This document shows positions 58,107 to 64,000 of a stretch of DNA of 64,000 nt, piece after piece. The position numbers were made by a program, and so were the translations under genes. Position 1 is the stretch's first letter, and every line of letters starts with the position of its first letter. The stretch covers positions 74,757 to 138,756 of the forward strand of contig DAINPP010000002.1 of NCBI GenBank assembly GCA_036743375.1. Direction: 5' to 3'. Origin of the DNA: Thermotogota bacterium. GTDB lineage: Bacteria > Thermotogota > Thermotogae > MWEM01. Under the pieces are notes generated by a model. That model was not told the DNA's origin. It saw nothing but the letters and a program-made list of their open reading frames with translations, and ran no database searches.

Positions 58107-58880
58107 ATGTGGTTTGACAGTATACCGGAAAGTACGATGATTGCCGCTCCGGAATGCGAAGAACAATGGTATGACGGTGGGGAGACCGCTGTTCTTCTGA
58201 TTCACGGATATACGGGTTCACCGCATGATATGATCTATCTTGGCAAGCGGTTGAACAAAGCGGGATATACGGTTTATATCCCGAGGCTTCCGGGTCATGG
58301 AACAAATCATATGGATTTTCTCAACAGCGGATGGAATGACTGGCTGAGGAGATGCGTAGATGCTTATCTCCTTCTGAAAAGGAAATTCAGGACGGTTTAT
58401 ATCTCCGGACTTTCCATGGGAGGCGTTTTAACCCTGCTGATCGCTTCAAAATTCAATCCGAAAAAGATAGCACTCGCAGCACCGGCTATAGAAACTTCAA
58501 ACAACGCAATCAAACTGACACCGGTTATCAGATATTTTAAGAAAGCGATGCCAAAAGGTGGAAAAGTATCTTATGATGAAGAGTATCTGAATTATCTTCA
58601 GAGCGAATACTGGTGTAATAACTGGCCGACAAAACTGGCGGATCTGCTGAAATTACAGAACCTTTCTAAGGAAAGGCTGAATCTCGTCAGATCGGATTGT
58701 CTGATCATCGTATCCGAAAAAGACGAAACGGTGCCTTTGAAAGCGGCAGAGATTATTGACAAGGGGATTAATTCATCTATCAAAAAGACCGTTGTTCTGA
58801 AAAACAGTCCGCATGTCGTTGTAAACGATTGCGAAAAGGAAAAAGTGGCAGATGAAATCATTACTTGGTTTAACGAATGA
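58107..58880 (+). CDS. Alpha/beta hydrolase (carboxylesterase/lysophospholipase-like)
   Basis: HGYTGSPHD and nucleophile elbow GLSMGG. The ATG is 1 nt after the upstream stop. Confidence 0.7.
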   Translation: MWFDSIPESTMIAAPECEEQWYDGGETAVLLIHGYTGSPHDMIYLGKRLNKAGYTVYIPRLPGHGTNHMDFLNSGWNDWLRRCVDAYLLLKRKFRTVYISGLSMGGVLTLLIASKFNPKKIALAAPAIETSNNAIKLTPVIRYFKKAMPKGGKVSYDEEYLNYLQSEYWCNNWPTKLADLLKLQNLSKERLNLVRSDCLIIVSEKDETVPLKAAEIIDKGINSSIKKTVVLKNSPHVVVNDCEKEKVADEIITWFNE

Positions 58881-58932
58881 ATTGAACTTTTTTTTATAAA
58901 CTTCGTCTAAACCTATGTGGGGGGGAAATCTC

Positions 58933-59541
58933 GTGTTTTCCAATCCGAAAGGAAATGAAAACAACCAGAGCGAGAACCGCGAGGCTGAGCAAAGGTTCAT
59001 CAAGGCCCTTAAAAAGAAGAAAATGTGGGCTTATGAGAAGTTATACGATGAATATGCCGGCATGGTTGGCGGAATAGCAAAGTCTTATCTAAGAGCCGAT
59101 GATGTGGATGATGTTGTACAGGAAGTTTTCATGAGGGTATACAAGAGCATCAGGCGGTTCAACGGAGATTCTGCTTTTTCCACTTGGCTTTACAGGATTA
59201 CAGTAAATGTGTGTAAAGATATTCTAAAAAAGTACAGCAAGCGTTCTGAAACCTTTACCGACTTTGATGATGAAGAGCCGGGGGGTGTCAGAGAACCCTC
59301 TTCTGATATAGACATAGAAGAAGAGATCCACAGAGAGATGAAGATTCAGAATTTCAGGAAGATTCTGGATCAGCTGTCGGAAGAGGATAATTTGTTTATC
59401 ACATTGAGGGATATTCAGGGTTTAGATTACGAAGAAATCGGAAATGTTGTCGGTAAGCCAATCGGTACTGTAAAAAGCAGGATCTATTATGCGAGAAAGA
59501 GACTGAAAAAATTACTACAACAAAATGATATCGGGGATTGA
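58933..59541 (+). CDS. ECF (sigma-70 family group IV) RNA polymerase sigma factor
   Basis: GTG start after a GGGGGGA SD. Region 2 (DVVQEVFMRVYKSIRRFNGDSAFSTWLYRITVN) and region 4 (LRDIQGLDYEEIGNVVGKPIGTVKSRIYYARKRL). Confidence 0.8.
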   Translation: MFSNPKGNENNQSENREAEQRFIKALKKKKMWAYEKLYDEYAGMVGGIAKSYLRADDVDDVVQEVFMRVYKSIRRFNGDSAFSTWLYRITVNVCKDILKKYSKRSETFTDFDDEEPGGVREPSSDIDIEEEIHREMKIQNFRKILDQLSEEDNLFITLRDIQGLDYEEIGNVVGKPIGTVKSRIYYARKRLKKLLQQNDIGD

Positions 59542-59563
59542 GTTACTTTGAGGAGGTATTCAG

Positions 59564-60040
59564 ATGGACTGTAAAGAGTTCAGAGATATACAATTAGACC
59601 GTTACTTAGACAACGAAATGAACTCAAAGGAAATTAGAGAATTCAGAGAACATATGGAACATTGTCCTGATTGTAAGGCGTTCTTTCATACCTATAAAAA
59701 TCTAATGGATGTTCAGGAGATGAACTTTGAATACAAACCGGGTGTCAACAGTAGAATAAAGTTTACCAAGGCCGTTAAAAAAAGAAGAAATCTTCCTTAT
59801 CAGGTGGCTGCCGGTTTTGCTGTTGTTGCCATTGCCGTCTTTGGCACAAAGACGTTTATCGACTTCAATACCATCAATCAGCGTTATGAAACGATCGTCA
59901 ACAAGAGCGTAGAGATGCTTAATTCTGCAGAAAACAATAGAGAGCTGAATCTCAGTTCAAAGAGTGCAATGAACGTAGGGGCCGATATCCAAAGCAGAAC
60001 GGAGAAGATATACAATCTTATAAATGACGGGGAAAAATAA
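59564..60040 (+). CDS. Anti-sigma factor (zf-HC2 zinc-finger type) with a single TM
   Basis: H-x3-C-x2-C (HMEHCPDC) plus the upstream CKEF, then a TM segment VAAGFAVVAIAVFG. It is immediately downstream of the ECF sigma gene. Confidence 0.7.
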   Translation: MDCKEFRDIQLDRYLDNEMNSKEIREFREHMEHCPDCKAFFHTYKNLMDVQEMNFEYKPGVNSRIKFTKAVKKRRNLPYQVAAGFAVVAIAVFGTKTFIDFNTINQRYETIVNKSVEMLNSAENNRELNLSSKSAMNVGADIQSRTEKIYNLINDGEK

Positions 60041-60092
60041 TATTTCTAATCCAATCGTGATCAAATAAATAATAGAGTAATTAGGAGACGTT

Positions 60093-61148
60093 ATGCCCTT
60101 TTTCAGAAATAGAAATTTTTTTGTGATTATATTTTCTGTTCTTTTTTTTGTTCTGTCTTTTTCTGAGGTTCCGGATGAAAAGGAATATTCGACTCTCGAC
60201 GTGACAACGGAGGCTTCTCAGGTTGTCATAGCACCGGATGAGTTTATCAGAAAAATAAAAGAAGCTTATCAAGACAACTGCATTTCAGGAACGCGTATCA
60301 TGATGGAAAGCGGTGAGGCTTCGAGGTACAGATACGAATACATCATGCGAAACGGTTATAACAAGGTCGTCTCTCTTACGATGCCTTACAGGGTAACCTG
60401 GTACAGATACAACAATAAAGGTTATATCATACTTGACGGAAAACGTACGGTAATGGAAGATCTGATGAAAGACCTTGAAGATGTCTTTCTTGAAGATTTA
60501 AATCCGGATTCCGTTGAGATAAAGACCTCTGAGATTCTTTACAGCGGTATACCGGCGTATTATGCCTCCGTTTACGGAGAAGACTTCACCTATCGTGTTA
60601 TCGTTTTAAAACAGAGTATGAATTTCATAAGAATTGAAAAACAGACACTCGGAAAACAGATCATCATGTTTTATGACAATCTGAACGCCGGAGAGAAAGA
60701 AACTTTTGAGAATCAAATGATTTGGTATAAGGAAATCCCATTGGGGAATTCCTTCAAACCGTTGCAGAATTCGACTGTAACGACAAACGAAAATGCTTCG
60801 GATACTACCGGTTCGGTTTCCTCCACTGAAATACAGACCGCAGAATTTGAAAGGCTGCTGGCTTCGGTTGCAAGCAAATATTCCGTCAAAAAGACCGAGA
60901 CAGTGGAATTTTCCGATGCGGAGGCGATGTTTGTAACTTATTCATCGGAAGAACTTGATGCACCTTTTGTTGTCTCTGTTATCATCTACAAATCAAATTC
61001 CGCACAGATGAGTGAAAATCTCCTCGGAAAAATCCCAGAGAATTATAATCATTATCAGAAGATAAAAGAGAACATAGAAGTCAACGTTATCGGCGCTCAC
61101 GATCCAAGCTTCCTGAAATCGGTAGCGGAAATGATCCTTCAGGACTAA
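60093..61148 (+). CDS. Secreted/membrane-anchored hypothetical protein, third gene of the sigma/anti-sigma cluster
   Basis: N-terminal hydrophobic segment FFVIIFSVLFFVLSF. No motif recognised. Confidence 0.5.
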   Translation: MPFFRNRNFFVIIFSVLFFVLSFSEVPDEKEYSTLDVTTEASQVVIAPDEFIRKIKEAYQDNCISGTRIMMESGEASRYRYEYIMRNGYNKVVSLTMPYRVTWYRYNNKGYIILDGKRTVMEDLMKDLEDVFLEDLNPDSVEIKTSEILYSGIPAYYASVYGEDFTYRVIVLKQSMNFIRIEKQTLGKQIIMFYDNLNAGEKETFENQMIWYKEIPLGNSFKPLQNSTVTTNENASDTTGSVSSTEIQTAEFERLLASVASKYSVKKTETVEFSDAEAMFVTYSSEELDAPFVVSVIIYKSNSAQMSENLLGKIPENYNHYQKIKENIEVNVIGAHDPSFLKSVAEMILQD

Positions 61149-61202
61149 CCTTTTTGAATCACAAACTGTTCTTGAATCTTTCATGTTTATTTAAACCAGC
61201 TA

Positions 61203-61231
61203 CTTGACCTGTTAGTTTCATTATGCTATAA
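61203..61231 (+). promoter_or_regulatory. Near-consensus promoter of tRNA-Ser (TTGACC-N17-TATAAT)
   Basis: The -10 ends 11 nt before the mature tRNA 5' end. Confidence 0.65.
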
Positions 61232-61242
61232 TACCACGCGTT

Positions 61243-61330
61243 GGAGAGATGGCCGAGCGGTCGAAGGCGCACGCTTGGAGTGCGTGTTATGGGAAACCAT
61301 ACGTGGGTTCAAATCCCACTCTCTCCGCCA
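61243..61330 (+). tRNA. tRNA-Ser (anticodon GGA) with long variable arm and encoded CCA
   Basis: GGAGAGA acceptor stem pairs with TCTCTCC. The anticodon loop TTGGAGT carries GGA. Long variable arm, T-arm GTGGGTTCAAATCCCAC, and 3' GCCA. TTGACC-N17-TATAAT promoter upstream and a hairpin terminator downstream. Confidence 0.85.
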
Positions 61331-61335
61331 GAAGA

Positions 61336-61369
61336 AAGCCGGACTTTAAAAGTCCGGCTTTTGTTTTTG
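61336..61369 (+). terminator. Intrinsic terminator after tRNA-Ser
   Basis: aaagccggacttt...aaagtccggcttt, then tgtttttg. Confidence 0.7.
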
Positions 61370-61506
61370 TCCGCAAGACGATCAGCTTCGAAAATTGTCC
61401 CCTCGGCCCCTTTACCTTTAATCCATAAGCGCTTTTTGGTCGTTAATTAAACATTTTTGTTTAGCAAACCGGTAAATTGTTAGAATAGACAGGAAGATTA
61501 CCGGCA

Positions 61507-61998
61507 ATGGAAGGGGGAGGTTTTCTGTTTGACTTAAAGGGCAAAACAAAGATGATCTTCATTCTTCTGATCATAGCAAGTGGAGTTTTAATTTCAAAAG
61601 AGATAAAAATAAACTATGTGTTTGATAACGGGGATCTTAAACTGACAGAGGAGTTAATGGTTTCCTCATCTATACACTATAAAGATTATGAGATGTATGT
61701 TGTCTTTAAAAAAGGAGAACTCACATATTCCACTGATGTGAAGAAGACTAACGGATTACTGAAAGCGGTTGAACTGATCCCTGTGGCCGTCATACGTGTA
61801 AAAAAGGATAATCCGCATATTGGACATGACTCGTATAGTATAAAAATGATCAATGAGACGGACGGGATAGAAAGACTCGATGAACTCATGACTATTGCAG
61901 AAAAACTATGCCTTGGCAAGTCTGTTTCCAAATCTATTTCCCTTAATTTTGAACTCAGTGAGATCATAATGATTCTTCAGATACTAGAACTATTATAA
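61507..61998 (+). CDS. Hypothetical membrane-anchored protein (163 aa). Alternative start at 61552
   Basis: N-terminal TM segment MIFILLIIASGVLIS. No family recognised. Confidence 0.4.
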   Translation: MEGGGFLFDLKGKTKMIFILLIIASGVLISKEIKINYVFDNGDLKLTEELMVSSSIHYKDYEMYVVFKKGELTYSTDVKKTNGLLKAVELIPVAVIRVKKDNPHIGHDSYSIKMINETDGIERLDELMTIAEKLCLGKSVSKSISLNFELSEIIMILQILELL

Positions 61999-62095
61999 AG
62001 AGTCTGACAGAGTCGGAAGTACGGTTGCGCGTATTGAACTAAAGAAATAGAGGGGCATTTCTCATGAAATTGCCCCATTATCGTTCTGTTTTTTA

Positions 62096-63217
62096 TCAGG
62101 CTTTTTTCTTTCTGCCGTACCGATAGGAGAAAAAGATCATCAACACCGATAAGACGATTGAAAAGGCAGAAATACTCAGCAGCAGAAAACTGAGATTGTT
62201 TCCGAATGCGGCAGCGTAACCTGCACCGATAAAGCCCCCGGTTGACCAGGCAAATCCCATCGTGACAGAAGACGCAAAAGCCTTGTTTGAGGGCATTCTT
62301 GATTGCGCTTCCACAATGTTTGCAGACATGGTGAGAAAACCACCGGCATCAAAGAGCAGGAAACAGACCGCACGAATGAAATTGTCAGGAACGTAGAAGA
62401 AGAGCAACCCCATGATTCCCATAATCAGGAATCCTATCAGATTGATCTTAAAGATTCCGATCTTCTCTCTCAGCATCACCCCGATATAAGTAGTACACAT
62501 TCCGGCAAGCAGACCGATGGTAATGACCGTACCACCGGTTATGAGAGAAGCTCCCTTTTCGTTCAGAAATATCGGAACATAGGTGTGGAATGTGTCCATG
62601 ATAAAGCTTCTGAATGCAACTACGATAAAAAGCGGGAGGATCATTTTTAAGGCTGAAAAACCCGGGAACTTTTTCTTGACTACCGTTTCCTTCTCATGTC
62701 TTACGACTCTTGGAATAAAAGGCAACAGGAGAATAAAGATCCCGATGGAAAGAAAATACAGTTTATCAAAACCAATTGTACTTGTGTAGGTGGTGATAAC
62801 AACAGGACCTGCGGCTGATCCAAGCGTTCCGAAGACCGAAAAGAGAGCGATATCCTTTCCCCTGTGCCGGCTTCCCGCAAGACTCGCCCCAATCGGATGA
62901 TAGGCTGAATTTAAAAGGGTGATCAGGAAGACAAAAACAATCAGCATCGAGAAGGAATTTGAAAACCCCACCACGCCTACCAGTCCTATAATCCCTATCA
63001 ACAAAATCAGGATATGCAATCCATCACGTTTGACATTATCATAGAACAAACCAAAACCAATCTGCATGAGTGCTGCAACTGAAGAAATCAAGGCCATCGT
63101 GCTTCCGAATGTGGCTGAATCTATTCCGAATCTTTCGATGAAATAGGGACCCAGCGGTTTGAACATCGTTCCCAGAAAATCCGATAAAAAGTGCGACATC
63201 GTCGCGATGAAGAGCAT
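62096..63217 (-). CDS. MFS transporter (efflux-type), divergent from the TetR regulator
   Basis: 12-TM hydrophobic profile. Motif-A-like loop around GSRHRGKDIALFSV. Pairing with the divergent TetR gene. Confidence 0.75.
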   Translation of the reverse strand: MLFIATMSHFLSDFLGTMFKPLGPYFIERFGIDSATFGSTMALISSVAALMQIGFGLFYDNVKRDGLHILILLIGIIGLVGVVGFSNSFSMLIVFVFLITLLNSAYHPIGASLAGSRHRGKDIALFSVFGTLGSAAGPVVITTYTSTIGFDKLYFLSIGIFILLLPFIPRVVRHEKETVVKKKFPGFSALKMILPLFIVVAFRSFIMDTFHTYVPIFLNEKGASLITGGTVITIGLLAGMCTTYIGVMLREKIGIFKINLIGFLIMGIMGLLFFYVPDNFIRAVCFLLFDAGGFLTMSANIVEAQSRMPSNKAFASSVTMGFAWSTGGFIGAGYAAAFGNNLSFLLLSISAFSIVLSVLMIFFSYRYGRKKKA

Positions 63218-63318
63218 GATATCACCTCATATGATTAGAATTCCTAAGTATTATATCATCAAGTATGATCTTTTGTTCTTCATATCTTTTTATATCTTTT
63301 TTATGAAATTCCTGAAAC

Positions 63319-63374
63319 TTGACAAATAAAAAGGGAAATGATAAGATATTACCACTGGTAATTACCAGTGGTAA
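63319..63374 (+). promoter_or_regulatory. tetR promoter (TTGACA-N17-TAAGAT) with an adjacent perfect 26-bp palindromic operator TTACCACTGGTAA|TTACCAGTGGTAA
   Basis: The palindrome at 63349-63374 sits between the -10 and the SD of tetR, in the divergent MFS/TetR intergenic region. Confidence 0.65.
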
Positions 63375-63389
63375 CTTAAGGGGGCGGAT

Positions 63390-63965
63390 ATGATCAAACG
63401 ACATCTGAGTGCGGAGATAATTTTGGAGAAAACATTAGAATTAATAAAGCGGCAGGAAGGGGCATCACAGCTGAATCTGAGAAAGATAGCCAAGGAACTT
63501 GAATGTGCGCATACCAACATATACAACTATTTCTCATCCTATAACGATTTAATATGGTCTGCAGCGGCGGAGGCGATGATGAGACTTTCCAACGAAATGT
63601 TCGAAGAAGAAACCGTTGAAGGATTTGTGAGAAGATACGTTTCGTTTGCCTTTGAGAACAAGGGGTATTACAAACTGATCTGGTATGAAAATTTTCAGAC
63701 GGAGATGCCGGATAAATTGAAGGAAAAATTGGGGTATCCATCGATGAAGGCGGCTGAGATCTATGCCCTGCAGATGAAGCGACCGATTGAAGAGATCATC
63801 GGAACCATGCATATCGCCTTTGCCTATACGCATGGCATGCTGACGATGTATCTAAACAATCGTATAGAAACTGCGGAAGAAGGCGTAGAAACCTATAAGG
63901 AAAACATCATACAAACCGCATTGAGCATTCTTTTAAAGACTGACATTACTGGAGGTAGAAAATGA
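63390..63965 (+). CDS. TetR-family transcriptional regulator
   Basis: N-terminal HTH LRKIAKELECAHTNIYNYFSSYNDL. A GGGGGCGGA SD. A 26-bp palindromic operator lies upstream. Confidence 0.8.
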   Translation: MIKRHLSAEIILEKTLELIKRQEGASQLNLRKIAKELECAHTNIYNYFSSYNDLIWSAAAEAMMRLSNEMFEEETVEGFVRRYVSFAFENKGYYKLIWYENFQTEMPDKLKEKLGYPSMKAAEIYALQMKRPIEEIIGTMHIAFAYTHGMLTMYLNNRIETAEEGVETYKENIIQTALSILLKTDITGGRK

Positions 63966-64000
63966 AAAACAGAAAGACGATCGTACTGCTTGTATCACTC
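63962..64000 (+). CDS. 5' fragment of a downstream gene (MKNRKTIVLLVSL...), continues beyond the window
   Basis: ATG overlaps the TetR stop (ATGA), and a GGAGG SD lies inside the end of the TetR gene. Confidence 0.4.
   Translation, partial: MKNRKTIVLLVSL

Noticed and set aside
61241-61450. 69-aa ORF on the plus strand.
   Set aside because: It overlaps the tRNA-Ser gene and its terminator exactly, so it is an ORF-finder artefact.
1-64000. CRISPR arrays, rRNA genes, transposases, integrases and prophage genes.
   Set aside because: No regularly spaced direct repeats and no recognisable recombinase or transposase motifs were seen in any ORF translation. The only repeats are short palindromes and the GC-rich hairpin pair.

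Overview
This is a 64-kb chromosomal window from a low-GC bacterium with Gram-positive-style expression signals. Shine-Dalgarno sequences of the GGAGG type are strong, TTG and GTG starts are frequent, sigma-70 TTGACA/TATAAT promoters are readable (several with an extended -10), and there are many hairpin plus T-run terminators. I call about 55 protein-coding genes and one tRNA-Ser(GGA). I found no rRNA, CRISPR array, transposase, integrase or prophage genes.

Gene content, in order:
- a GH15 glucoamylase-like gene whose 5' end lies outside the window
- an RND/MMPL exporter with an AraC regulator and an OmpR-type two-component system
- an MFS transporter
- a regulatory hub: small protein plus quinone oxidoreductase, a MalT-like LAL regulator cotranscribed with an alpha/beta hydrolase, and a MerR/GyrI regulator
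- gamma-glutamyltransferase, a GNAT acetyltransferase and an FGGY kinase
- a five-gene Liv-type branched-chain amino-acid ABC operon
- a zinc-ribbon protein and a phosphohexomutase
- an AlkZ/YcaQ-like winged-helix protein next to a DUF559 endonuclease-like gene
- oligoendopeptidase F
- a monocistronic 1238-aa acidic lipoprotein
- an orphan long-form urocanase (hutU)
- a tightly coupled operon of acyltransferase, GltS-like membrane protein and GT2 glycosyltransferase
- two secreted hypothetical proteins
- a MarR regulator with a heterodimeric ABC exporter
- DegV
- a GH65 glycoside phosphorylase, LacI and sugar ABC locus
- a CAP-domain secreted protein and an HD-GYP phosphodiesterase
- an operon of galK, a PP-loop ATPase, a gamma-carbonic-anhydrase-like protein and an esterase
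- an ECF sigma factor, a zf-HC2 anti-sigma factor and a secreted protein
- a tRNA-Ser, then a hypothetical protein and a divergent TetR/MFS pair.

Most worth a second look:
- the giant Thr/Asp-rich lipoprotein, which has no recognisable domain, a strong extended -10 promoter and terminators on both flanks
- two near-identical GC-rich palindromic hairpin units in an AT-rich spacer between the DUF559 and AlkZ/YcaQ-like genes
- a small standalone 37-codon gene with its own promoter, SD and terminator
- the acyltransferase/GltS-like/GT2 operon
- an orphan plus-strand terminator that suggests an unannotated small RNA near the left edge
- a textbook MerR promoter with a 19-bp spacer palindrome
- a perfect 26-bp TetR operator
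- a LacI gene that appears to start at CTG inside a cTGA stop-start overlap.

All calls come from reading the sequence and ORF translations against remembered family motifs. No database search was possible.
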